Source of the DNA: Salinispira sp.
GTDB taxonomy: Bacteria > Spirochaetota > Spirochaetia > DSM-27196 > Salinispiraceae
Length of the DNA: 64,000 nucleotides
NCBI GenBank assembly: GCA_965226555.1
Contig: CBDDDG010000010.1
Location: forward strand, 512,001-576,000
Reading direction: 5' to 3'
Below, one piece after another: positions 21,305 through 30,694 of the stretch (the first letter of the stretch is position 1; the number at the start of each line of letters is the position of its first letter). The position numbers and the translations under genes are program-made. The notes below the pieces were generated by a model that made no database searches, was not told where the DNA came from, and worked only from the letters and a program-made list of their open reading frames with translations.

Positions 21305-22597
21305 TTAAAAACTGAAACGAACACCAAGATTAAAATTTCTGAGGTCAAAGGCGAGTGTTTCATCGGCAAAGATAAAACCGGGAATTTCATTATCGGAAAA
21401 CAGGTAATTCAGAAACGAAGCGGCTTTAAATTCAGTGAGATCGGTGGAAATAAACATAACTGGATTATACTCGGCATAAAAACGCAGGAAGCGATCCGGG
21501 AGTGAAATTTCCGCTCCCAAGGTAAGTGAGATTTCCGCCGGAGTAATTTCGTCAATAAATTTTCCTTCGCTATGATCCAAACGCAGCCCAGCTCCGAGAG
21601 CAAGATAGGGTCTGAGCAGGTTTATTTTATCCAAAAAATAAAAACCGCCATCTAAGCGTATAACCGATAAGGGATTTGTGCGGAGGATATCCGGACTGTT
21701 GCTGATCAAATAAAGACCAAAGGCATAGGTCTTAAATCCCAATTTAAAGAATACATCGGCGGGAACGGGAAACCATGCGACATTTACTCCGAAAAATTGA
21801 AAATTGTTTAATAAAATATCGAGATTCCACCGAATTGTCGACTTCTGTTCAAGTTCCAGAGTGGTTTCGTTAAACCCCAAATACAGTTCATTTTCAATGG
21901 GATAATGGCCATTGATAACGGCGCGGTAACTATATATGGCAGGATTCGGAAGATCCAGCGCGGTTGCACCGGTTTCATCTATGAGAATATCTTCGGATGT
22001 GAGCCCCGATATTGTTGTTCCCGGCAGGGCATTTATGGTAAGTTTTTCTTCGTTAACAAGATAAAAGAAATTTTCTTTGATTACCTCAACAAGACCTTCC
22101 CAGATGATACCGCGGGAGAGGGCTTTGAAATCGAGCCGAAGGCCTGTTTCAATAGTGGTTTCACCAAATTTTATGAGTTTCAGCAGATCAAAGGTTTCAT
22201 AATAATAGCTAACATTATTCAAATCGCCCTGTACCTGAACAAATACCCAACTGTCGGCATCTGTTTGCCGGATCAGTTCCTGCTTTCCTTCAAAGGTCGG
22301 CGGTATCTCGTCTTCTTCAGATTCTAGGATAACCACCTCGGGAGTTGAACCAAATATCTGAGTAAGAACAGAATTATATATAAAAAATTTATTAAATTCA
22401 GAAAAGTTTTCAGGGGCTTCAAAAAGAAAAACCATACGGCGGGGGCGGGTAAAATCGATCTGTTCAATGACTTCGGTCTCGGAATCGCTTACTTCTTCGG
22501 AGGCTCCGCCCGCGTGGACAGCAGCCGAAAGCAGAGACAAAATACATACAATACCGAGAACACACTGTTTCTTCACTATCTCTCCCCTCACCACCAT
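21305..22597 (-). CDS. Secreted protein, probable PEGA-like domain plus C-terminal beta-barrel
   Basis: Signal peptide; ends FNLGVRFSF; overlaps upstream gene. Confidence 0.6.
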   Translation of the reverse strand: MVVRGEIVKKQCVLGIVCILSLLSAAVHAGGASEEVSDSETEVIEQIDFTRPRRMVFLFEAPENFSEFNKFFIYNSVLTQIFGSTPEVVILESEEDEIPPTFEGKQELIRQTDADSWVFVQVQGDLNNVSYYYETFDLLKLIKFGETTIETGLRLDFKALSRGIIWEGLVEVIKENFFYLVNEEKLTINALPGTTISGLTSEDILIDETGATALDLPNPAIYSYRAVINGHYPIENELYLGFNETTLELEQKSTIRWNLDILLNNFQFFGVNVAWFPVPADVFFKLGFKTYAFGLYLISNSPDILRTNPLSVIRLDGGFYFLDKINLLRPYLALGAGLRLDHSEGKFIDEITPAEISLTLGAEISLPDRFLRFYAEYNPVMFISTDLTEFKAASFLNYLFSDNEIPGFIFADETLAFDLRNFNLGVRFSF

Positions 22598-23814
22598 GTA
22601 TTCATTACCTGAATTTTCAAAGTTTCAGGATCAAGTCGGTACATAGTGTCCCCACTGGGGCTGAATGTGTACAGAATATTTGAGCGGGCCTCCGTCCGGG
22701 TCTCATCAAGTAATGTACCATTGAGATCATATCGCTTCAATTTTCCTGTAGGCTCATATACGATAATATTTTCATTCGTGTAGGAAAAGCGGAACGATTT
22801 ATCGGTTGCGGAAAGATCAATTGGCTTAGTATTTCTTTGGTTGCCCGATTGAATACTATCGGGCTGGTATTCTGTTTCATAAGCAATTGCAATTATCTGA
22901 GTATTACTGAGTTCCCAGAGATGGAGCATGTTGTCTGCCAGATTGTGCAAAAGAAAAAGCGCACCGTCATTAGTTTGAATAATGCCATCAAGCTCATACC
23001 CTCGATTATCCTCACTGGCTTCAGGAGGATCCTTAACAATGTCTATCGTCTTAAGGCCGCCATCACCGTGGGGTTGCAAAGTTCCAGATGGATCAATTTC
23101 CTCCTTATACGCAGAGAGAGAAAGCTGAAAATAGCCTATCGACTCACCTTCAGCCGTTCTGTCGGAAGCTTCACCTACTCCAAAAATATACACGCCGTCT
23201 TGGGGAGTTGATGAGAAAACAACGGAAAAACCGCCAAGAAGACCATGAGCAACAGTTCCAGCGAACTCCTTGGTCTTTCTGTCAATAGTAACTGAACCAG
23301 CAAGAAAAATTGGTTTAGTTGTATTCTCGCTCTCATCTACATTCTCGCTCTCATCTACATTCTCGCCCTCATCTATAATCTCAACATCAAGGGACGCAAA
23401 CGGAAGTCCGAATGAACTCTGAAAATTGAATTCGGGTAGTATTTGCAGATACCACATAAGCTCTCCAGATTTGTTGAGCATCATCAGAATTTGCCTGCCT
23501 GCTCCCGGAGACGGACTGACGAGAAAAACCACATTCTCCTCATCATTATTCTCCTCATTTTTGTAGATGATGGGCAGGAGCTGATACCGTGTATTTGTTG
23601 AATTCGCGATGCCGGAATCAATATCAATGATGCGTTGAGCATATGCATGCTCTCTAGTTATGCCTCCCAGATAATTGGGGAAGGGACTACTTTCAAAGAG
23701 TTCACAACTGCCAATAAGTATAATAATAGCGCAACTACATAGGAGAAAGTTTTGCATTGGAAAATTGTGCAAGCACAATTTCCAGGAGCAAAAGTTTCTC
23801 AGTATTTTATTCAT
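22588..23814 (-). CDS. Lipoprotein, function unknown (signal peptide contains a family A element)
   Basis: Lipobox IILIGSC; DESENV micro-repeats. Confidence 0.65.
   Translation of the reverse strand: MNKILRNFCSWKLCLHNFPMQNFLLCSCAIIILIGSCELFESSPFPNYLGGITREHAYAQRIIDIDSGIANSTNTRYQLLPIIYKNEENNDEENVVFLVSPSPGAGRQILMMLNKSGELMWYLQILPEFNFQSSFGLPFASLDVEIIDEGENVDESENVDESENTTKPIFLAGSVTIDRKTKEFAGTVAHGLLGGFSVVFSSTPQDGVYIFGVGEASDRTAEGESIGYFQLSLSAYKEEIDPSGTLQPHGDGGLKTIDIVKDPPEASEDNRGYELDGIIQTNDGALFLLHNLADNMLHLWELSNTQIIAIAYETEYQPDSIQSGNQRNTKPIDLSATDKSFRFSYTNENIIVYEPTGKLKRYDLNGTLLDETRTEARSNILYTFSPSGDTMYRLDPETLKIQVMNTWW
23743..23800. repeat. AT-rich palindromic element (family A), nested-hairpin copy inside a CDS
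   Basis: GAGAAAGTTTTGC-ATTGGAAAATTGTGCAAGCACAATTTCCAGGA-GCAAAAGTTTCTC. Confidence 0.85.
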
Positions 23815-23817
23815 ATT

Positions 23818-25062
23818 TCACCACTGTACCTGAACTCCAAAACTGATGGGCGGGATGCCAATAGGAGTGAATATCCAGTTACGGCCAAGTAACTGATTTC
23901 CAATACCAAGAGCATACTTTAACTCACCTCGGGCAAAAATCTGAAAAAAATCAAGATTAAGCTCAAGCGTGAGGTTTCCCAAACTGACATAGACATCGTT
24001 AAAGTCTTTTATTGAGTGTAGGTTCTCTGAAAGCGATGTTTTGACAACACCCAGTCCGACACCAATGCTCATGCGGAGAAGCGACTCGGGAGGAAAAAAT
24101 ACGTACTGTCCGATGTAAAATGAGAAGTCGGTATTTACATTGGAACTTGTGTAGCCGGAACCGGAGGGTTTATATGCAGAGGAATATGTGGCATCATGCA
24201 GATGCATGCCAAGGTATGCAAAGGTTTCATCGGGAAGCAGATACATTTTCAGACCGAAGCCGATTCCCTGCGCTAATCCGAGGGTCCAATACGATTGAAG
24301 GGCAAAGCGTTTCTGCGACCAGAGCTTTTCAAGGTCGATGTTTACATTTTTTTCATCCATGATCACATCAAAGCTGCGGGAATGATATCCCTCTTTTCGT
24401 AATTCCATTACCACAGTATCGTTAACTCTGAAGGGTGTATAGGGAACGAGAATGTCGCCCTCTGAAATGGTACCGACATCCTGACCGGCAAAGAAAACCT
24501 GCACTCCCTCCTGTTCTCCGGTAATAGATATTTCGTTAACCCTGTTTAAAAATGGGCTATATTCATAGCGATTACTCAGATATTCGCGCACCGATTCACC
24601 AAGCACGAGAACGGCATCATTTATTGTCGTAAAAAAGGTCGCTCCGGTACGGGCACGGGTAAATGCGCCTCGTATTCCGGTATCTGTTAAGGCATCGTAC
24701 AGATTGTACTGAATAAATATATTTGATCCGTCAACGGAATAAAAGATGGCAATGATAAAACCGGCGCCTTCGGCATCAATTTCCGTGAAGAAATCATTAA
24801 GACGGATAGCATTTCCCTCACCACTGTCCACGGTATTTCTCTGATAGGTAATAAGCGGATCAGAAACCAGCGGCAGACCAAGAATCGCAACCTCTTCAAC
24901 AACCCTGTTCACAAGCGGAAGGGTAACGTCATCGCCGGCCGGTTCATCTGAAAGATCGACAAAATATAAAAGCACAGAATCACCATCTTCCTGAGCTGTT
25001 ACGAGCTGTGTAATGTGTATAAGGAGCATAGCGATTATATAGACACGCGCATGTTTCATCAT
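23818..25062 (-). CDS. Secreted PEGA-like / beta-barrel protein
   Basis: Signal peptide; VFFAGQDVG...MELRKEGYH PEGA-like motif; ends FGVQVQW. Confidence 0.6.
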   Translation of the reverse strand: MMKHARVYIIAMLLIHITQLVTAQEDGDSVLLYFVDLSDEPAGDDVTLPLVNRVVEEVAILGLPLVSDPLITYQRNTVDSGEGNAIRLNDFFTEIDAEGAGFIIAIFYSVDGSNIFIQYNLYDALTDTGIRGAFTRARTGATFFTTINDAVLVLGESVREYLSNRYEYSPFLNRVNEISITGEQEGVQVFFAGQDVGTISEGDILVPYTPFRVNDTVVMELRKEGYHSRSFDVIMDEKNVNIDLEKLWSQKRFALQSYWTLGLAQGIGFGLKMYLLPDETFAYLGMHLHDATYSSAYKPSGSGYTSSNVNTDFSFYIGQYVFFPPESLLRMSIGVGLGVVKTSLSENLHSIKDFNDVYVSLGNLTLELNLDFFQIFARGELKYALGIGNQLLGRNWIFTPIGIPPISFGVQVQW

Positions 25063-26750
25063 TTTGATGTCATTACCTCAACACCATTCCAGTCTGGAGG
25101 AGGGGGATTTTGTATACAGTTCTTACTGTCCTTAATCATCTTGTCGATAAGATAATCTTTACCGCCTGTTTGTTTATGTAATTCAGTAAAGCGCTTATAG
25201 GCATCTTCGAATTGACGGCTGTAAAACTGGAGCATCGCCCTATTATGTTCATTCCATACATTCCTGAGATTCTCAGGCGAGTCCTTCTTGGCTACGGTGT
25301 AGATACCGAGACCCTCTTTCTTACCCTTAACGGCAACCTTTCCGACAATGCGGCAGAGAACATCCTTCCTCACCTGCTTGTACAAAGGCTCCGCAATGAG
25401 AACTTCCTGCCGAAAATACTTGGTTAAGCCCTCAAGACGGGAGGCAACGTTTACGGTATCGCCGATTACCGTGTAGTCAAGCTTCTTGTCGGTACCAATG
25501 TTGCCAACCGTTACCGGTCCGTAGTTTATTCCAACGCCGATACGAAACTCAGGAATGTTTTTTTGCCTCTGCTCAGCATTGAATTTGCCAACCGCTTCAA
25601 TCATTTCTATACCGGTAAGAACAGCCTGTAAGGCATCATCATCGCGCTGAACGGGAGCGCCGAAGAAAGCCATGATGGCATCGCCGATATACTTATCGAT
25701 AACACCATTTCGGTTCATTATTATATCGACCATATACTGAAAATAGCGGTTGAGATTGTTCACGAGCTCATCCGGTTTCATGTTTTCTGAAATGGATGTG
25801 AAACTTCGGATATCCGAAAAAAGCACGGACAGAGTTCTGTTTTGTCCGACGAGCATGGATTCAGGACTGGCAAAGAATTGGTTAATCAATTCCTGAGGAA
25901 CATATTTCTGGAAAATATTACGGATCTTGCTTTCTTTTTTCTGAGCAACGGCAGCATCAAAGGCATATCTCTTTATACGTCCATAGGCGCTGTCAAGTTC
26001 CCTGATCATCACATTAAAGGTATTGGAGAGTTGACCAATTTCATCCCTGAACTGGATGGGCACTTGGGCGCTGAAATTATTGGTAGTGATAATTTTCTTC
26101 ATTACCTCCCCTACCTCACGAAGAGGCCTGGTAATGAAGCCGGTAAAGAGAAGCAGAAGGATAACCATAATGACTGAACTGATAACTACCAGAAGGGCTG
26201 TTTGAATTGTAATCCGATAAATATCCTGAAAGAATATATCTCTGCTCTCGGAAAGCAGCACATACCAAGAGAAGGGCGCAAATGAGAACCCCATTGTTAC
26301 CCGTTCTTCACCGTCAATAACCGCGTCGAGGAATTGCCTGTTGTCGGCTTCAGCTCTGGCGAGAAGGGGCGCTGTTTCGTTTTCCTGAAGCATAAATGGC
26401 AGAGCGGGATCGGCGAGAGAATTTTCCGCGGTTCCAAGTACCACCTTTCCTTCCGCATCCATTACGAAAATGATTTCTGTTTCGCTGCGGAGAATGCTCT
26501 CTGCGTAAAGCTCTATGCTTCCTTCCAGCGCCTGTATCATTTCCGGCTGACCCGCAAGATCATTGTCGACGAGAAGACGCCATTGGCTTTCAATATATTT
26601 TTCAAGTTCATTGACCTTGAACTCAAAAAACTCCACTGCTACTCTGGTAATACCGGTGCTCGCGCTGTAAAATGATGCAACTCCGCCAATAATCAATCCG
26701 ACTACCATAAGCGGAAGCACAACGAGCACAAATTTAAGCCTAATACTCAT
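25059..26750 (-). CDS. Membrane class III adenylate/guanylate cyclase with periplasmic sensor and HAMP domain
   Basis: Two TM segments, DEIGQL HAMP, FSDIRSFT, DKYIGDAIMA, IGDTVNVASRLEG. Confidence 0.93.
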   Translation of the reverse strand: MSIRLKFVLVVLPLMVVGLIIGGVASFYSASTGITRVAVEFFEFKVNELEKYIESQWRLLVDNDLAGQPEMIQALEGSIELYAESILRSETEIIFVMDAEGKVVLGTAENSLADPALPFMLQENETAPLLARAEADNRQFLDAVIDGEERVTMGFSFAPFSWYVLLSESRDIFFQDIYRITIQTALLVVISSVIMVILLLLFTGFITRPLREVGEVMKKIITTNNFSAQVPIQFRDEIGQLSNTFNVMIRELDSAYGRIKRYAFDAAVAQKKESKIRNIFQKYVPQELINQFFASPESMLVGQNRTLSVLFSDIRSFTSISENMKPDELVNNLNRYFQYMVDIIMNRNGVIDKYIGDAIMAFFGAPVQRDDDALQAVLTGIEMIEAVGKFNAEQRQKNIPEFRIGVGINYGPVTVGNIGTDKKLDYTVIGDTVNVASRLEGLTKYFRQEVLIAEPLYKQVRKDVLCRIVGKVAVKGKKEGLGIYTVAKKDSPENLRNVWNEHNRAMLQFYSRQFEDAYKRFTELHKQTGGKDYLIDKMIKDSKNCIQNPPPPDWNGVEVMTSK

Positions 26751-26789
26751 AATATTCCTTCTACTTTCCTGCCAATTTTCTATTCTATC

Positions 26790-26878
26790 AGAAATTTTTG
26801 CCTAAAGCAAAAGTTCTTTATAATACACTATTAATAATGTGTATACTACCTGAAACTTTATCAATGCAAAACTTTCTA
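26790..26878. repeat. Two degenerate family A hairpins next to the IS5 end
   Basis: AGAAATTTTTGCCTAAAGCAAAAGTTCT and GAAACTTTATCAATGCAAAACTTTCT. Confidence 0.6.
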
Positions 26879-27523
26879 CCTGACATATATATCTGGAGAC
26901 CATTGCATAATCCATGGTTTTATTGATGTAGGGAAGGATGATAAAAAATTTGAGATAAAGTGATGGGATGATGCGGGAAAAACGGGGTGATAACACCATC
27001 TGAGTGCCTGCAAAGGATCGCATTTCGCTCATTTTCGACCGTTTCTCCGCTGGTTTTCGTCTTTCGGGCGTCTGTTGCCGGTCGGCTTCTGCCGTTTGTC
27101 CCGAATGCGGTCGCTAAGCCGCCCATTTTCCCTGTTTCTGCAATTCCAAAATCTTCGGTACCCGTTTCAAATTATACGCAATAGCAGACAACAGATGCTG
27201 CGTATGCGCTTTTGTTATTCCGACATAGCGGGTTCTCCCCCCGCCAAACCATTGGTGCATTCCTCCGAATGTGCGTTCTATTTTGTACCGTCCGCGCTGT
27301 ATCTCTTTGTTCCTCAGTTTCTGCTCCGCGGTCAATTGCTTCTTCTTCTCACCCTTCTTCGCTCTGGCTACCTTCCACATAATGCCGTCTTTCAGCTTTC
27401 TCTTCTTCAGCGCCGCTCGGTTCTTCGTGCTTGTATATCCTTTGTCCGCCTGCACTTCTACGTTCTCATCCAATTGCCCCTTATCGAGTAGCGTTTCAAA
27501 CACCGTACTGTCATGGACATTCG

Positions 27524-27571
27524 CCGGGGCTGGTCGGAGGCTGCGCCTCCTGCTCGCCCATGCGTCCGGGG
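27524..27571. repeat. GC-rich element (family B) inserted in frame, flanked by a CCGGGG duplication
   Basis: CCGGGG-CTGGTCGGAGGCTGCGCCTCCTGCTCGCCCATGCGT-CCGGGG; identical core at 50303-50344 and 50477-50518 (reverse). Confidence 0.85.
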
Positions 27572-28010
27572 TGGTCTCGACCGCTACCATAAGCCCATTG
27601 TCATCGGCAAGACAATGCTTCTTCGCTCCAAAATGAAATTCCCCATTCTTTTTCGTCCACCTCATATCGGTATCTACTCTGTCCGCAAACTTCTCCGGTT
27701 CCCGCTCTAAGGATTTATTATCCGATTGAGCGCATTCATCACTGTCTGTGCGATCAACGATCCCGCGGGGTTTTCTCGGACTTCTGGTAATGCTCGCATC
27801 AACTTTAACCGCTTTCTTAATCATAATCCCCCGCGTTTCAAGCTGTCGGTTTATTTCATTAAGCAGTCGGTCAAAGATTCCCGCTTTCGTCATGGCTGTG
27901 CGAAAACGGCTGAGAACACTGTGATCCGGCACATCATCTTCCACAATAAGACCGCAGAAATTCGATGCTCCCATGCTGTCATTCACCATATCTTCCACAC
28001 CATAATCGCT

Positions 28011-28141
28011 ACAAAACTTTTGCTTTGGAAAATTGTGCTTGCACAATTTCCAATAGCAAAAGTTTCAGATTCGAAATGCTTTCTCTGTGCTTAGCATTCT
28101 CCTATGCTATAGAAAGTTTTGCCTGAGGCAAAACTTCTATT
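28011..28141. repeat. Full composite family A element inserted in the IS5 transposase
   Basis: Nested hairpin + GAAATGCT...TTAGCATTCTCC linker + TAGAAAGTTTTGCCTGAGGCAAAACTTCTA. Confidence 0.9.
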
Positions 28142-28575
28142 GAGATCATTCCACATTCCCAATAGAAGCATTTTGAACAGCAGCAGGCCAGGGTAGGCAG
28201 CCCTGCCGACCGCGCTGCTTCCTCGGGTATCGTGTTCTGTAATAATTTCCTCAATGGGCTTCCAGTCGATAATCTGGTCAATTTTCCGATAGAAGGTGTT
28301 TTTCCGTGTACGTCTTTCCATACTGTCTGCGACAAATGACATAGTGTGCTCCTGAGATTTGATCATGGTAAGGATCATAACATATATATGAGGACTGATT
28401 ACAGCCAGAAAGCAAAAAATCGAAAGAAAAATTCAAAAAAGTTCATATGGGATGTTGACACTCTGGATAAATGAACGGTACTATAATATCACCGATGAGA
28501 CTGTTGCCATGCAATGATCTCATCTGGTTAATTACCCATACAGATAATTGCATACCACGTTTAGCCCAAGCCTCT

Positions 28576-29589
28576 CTACCCGGGCAGCCGCATAATTTTC
28601 TGAAGGCTTGCCGTGATGGAAGAGATATAACCTGTACCGAAAAGGTTGAGATGATTAAGGAGATGATAAAGATTATAAATCTCCTTTCTTATTTCATATT
28701 CTTTTTCAAACGATATAATATCAGCATAGCCCTGATAGAAACAATGATCAAAGCCGCCGAAGAGTTCAGTCATGGCGAGTTCGGCTTCATGATGCCCCCA
28801 GTATACAGCTGGATCGATGAGGGCGGTACAGGGTGAAGCAGACAGCATTATTGTTACATAGTTGCCTCCCCAGAGATCGCCATGGAGAAGGCTGGACGGC
28901 GGACGTTCGGGAATAAAGTCTCCAAGTCTTTTCATAAGCTGCCTGATATTTCGGGAAACATGAGGGGGTATACTGAATTTCTTTTCAGCGTCTTCCAACT
29001 GACAGGCAAGGCGTTGTTCAGTAAAGAATGTAACCCAGTTTTCTGAACACTGGTTCAGCTGAACGGTAAGACCAAGATAATTATTATGATCAAGTCCATA
29101 GAGGGGCTGGTCGGCGGCGGCGCGCGGGGGCTGGTCGGCGCTGCTCGCCTGCTCGCCCATGCGCCTGTTGCTGAGACGCGGGGGCTGGGCTGCGCTTTTT
29201 TTGTGGAAGCTTGCCAAGGCCCTCCCGAAATTTTCGGAGAGCTGCGCGCTTGACGGCATGTGTGAGAGAAATTCCATAAGAATGCCATGCGGGAGAACTG
29301 CATATACTCGGGGAATGTGAATTCCCTCAACGCGATGTTCAGCCAGAAGCCGCAGCCCCTGTGCCTCTGCCGCAAAAAAGGTACGGGGAACATTGCGGTT
29401 TTCCTTATACAGAATTTTCCCGATGCGGGGATGGCTGATTGCCTGAACATTACTTATACATCCGCCGCCGAGGGGTTCCCGTGCGCATTCTTTGGAACTG
29501 AGTTCTCCTCCGGCAAGATGAGAAAGCGCAGAATTAATATCGGGAAATTGCCCGGGTACTTCGGGTTTTCCTCCGGTATGCGCGGACAT
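28576..29589 (-). CDS. Fructosamine kinase family protein
   Basis: GGGCI, AEAQGL, LLHGDLWGGN, IDPAVYWGHHEAELAM, YNLYHLLNHLNLFG. Confidence 0.93.
   Translation of the reverse strand: MSAHTGGKPEVPGQFPDINSALSHLAGGELSSKECAREPLGGGCISNVQAISHPRIGKILYKENRNVPRTFFAAEAQGLRLLAEHRVEGIHIPRVYAVLPHGILMEFLSHMPSSAQLSENFGRALASFHKKSAAQPPRLSNRRMGEQASSADQPPRAAADQPLYGLDHNNYLGLTVQLNQCSENWVTFFTEQRLACQLEDAEKKFSIPPHVSRNIRQLMKRLGDFIPERPPSSLLHGDLWGGNYVTIMLSASPCTALIDPAVYWGHHEAELAMTELFGGFDHCFYQGYADIISFEKEYEIRKEIYNLYHLLNHLNLFGTGYISSITASLQKIMRLPG
29103..29190. repeat. Family B GC-rich element, in frame inside fructosamine kinase
   Basis: GGGGCTGGTCGG x2, CCTGCTCGCCCATGCG, CTGTTGCTGAGACG shared with 27524, 47358 and 48999 copies. 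Confidence 0.75.
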
Positions 29590-30068
29590 TATAAGCTGCC
29601 TGATTTAAATAAGCCGAGCATATTATCAATGGTTCGCTTTACGATAATGAAAACATTTTCAAACCCTTCCGCGCCCCCATAGTAGGGATCTGGAACGTCA
29701 TCCGAGCTGCTGCCTTCAGGATCAAATTCACGGAACATGCGGAGGCGGGCTGATGTATTTTCTCCCGCAAGACGCTGAATTTCCCTGTAGTGTCCCCTAT
29801 CCATAACAAAAACATAATCATAGTACTCCATATCTGAGGCTCTGAAATGCCTCGCGGCATGGCTGAATGAAAATCCGTGATGAGCTGCTGTACGTCTCAT
29901 GCGCGGGTCTGCATTTTCACCGACATGGTACCCATGCGTACCGGCAGATTCCACTTCACAATTCATATTCTGTTCCCGCGCGGTCTTCTCAAACACAGCA
30001 TGTGCCAGCGGACTGCGGCAAATGTTTCCGGTACATACGAACAAAATTTTTTTTACACGATCTTTCAT
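29589..30068 (-). CDS. Low molecular weight protein-tyrosine phosphatase
   Basis: VCTGNICRSP active-site loop, DVPDPYYG. Confidence 0.95.
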   Translation of the reverse strand: MKDRVKKILFVCTGNICRSPLAHAVFEKTAREQNMNCEVESAGTHGYHVGENADPRMRRTAAHHGFSFSHAARHFRASDMEYYDYVFVMDRGHYREIQRLAGENTSARLRMFREFDPEGSSSDDVPDPYYGGAEGFENVFIIVKRTIDNMLGLFKSGSL

Positions 30069-30079
30069 GAATATCCTCT

Positions 30080-30135
30080 AGAAATTTTTGCATTGGAAAA
30101 TTGCGCTTGCACAATTTTCAGTAGCAAAAATTTCC
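30080..30135. repeat. Family A nested-hairpin element
   Basis: AGAAATTTTTGC-ATTGGAAAATTGCGCTTGCACAATTTTCAGTA-GCAAAAATTTCC. Confidence 0.85.
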
Positions 30136-30136
30136 T

Positions 30137-30694
30137 CTATTGGCAGTATTTCTGCAGTTCATTAAGCACACTTTCCAGTAACTGCTGGGGCGTATGGAGT
30201 CCTGTGTCAAAAATAATATCAGCAAACTGATATTGATTATTGTCAATTTTATATGTTTTGAGATAACGCTCACGATCTTCCCTGTCCCGCTTCTCGGTGT
30301 GGGCAAGAGCATACTCCTCGCTCCAGCCTTCCCGCTTCCTGATCCGATCTATTCGTACAGACAGGTCGGCGTGAAGATATACTTTGAGACAGGCATCTTT
30401 CTTCAGCCAGATTGCCAAGCGGGAAGCCAGTACGGAGCCGGTTTCTTCGGCCATCTCACGTTGACGCCTGTCGATAAGGCGGTCAATTTCATCGTTTACG
30501 GCAGCTTCTGACATAATATCCTCCAGACTCTGACCCCGCTCGGCAGCCAGAGCGCGGAAGGTATAGTTGACCAGTTTTAAGTTCAGGGTATTCGCAATGA
30601 GAGTACTTAAGGTAGTGTTGCCGCAGCCGCTTTTACCTGAAACCGCAATAATGGACTTGTTGCGATGGAGACAGCTTTTCACATGTTCTATCAT
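30137..30694 (-). CDS. cmk: Cytidylate kinase-like protein (archaeal-type/AAA family)
   Basis: SGKSGCGNTT P-loop, SRLAIW, RDREDRERY...YKID. Confidence 0.8.
   Translation of the reverse strand: MIEHVKSCLHRNKSIIAVSGKSGCGNTTLSTLIANTLNLKLVNYTFRALAAERGQSLEDIMSEAAVNDEIDRLIDRRQREMAEETGSVLASRLAIWLKKDACLKVYLHADLSVRIDRIRKREGWSEEYALAHTEKRDREDRERYLKTYKIDNNQYQFADIIFDTGLHTPQQLLESVLNELQKYCQ

Larger units (their letters stand above)
27114..28366 (-). pseudogene. IS5-family transposase split by a 131-bp family A insertion and carrying a 42-bp in-frame family B insertion
   Basis: GRAAYP..LLFKMLLL, PDHSVLSRFR, VDAS, ADKGY, IERTFG motifs; removing 28011-28141 rejoins ...WNDL|SDYGVE... Confidence 0.9.
26896..28521 (-). 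mobile_element. IS5-family insertion sequence, transposase inactivated
   Basis: Terminal IRs GAGACCATTGCAT / GAGATCATTGCAT; 5-bp duplication ATCTG at 26891-26895 and 28522-28526. Confidence 0.9.
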
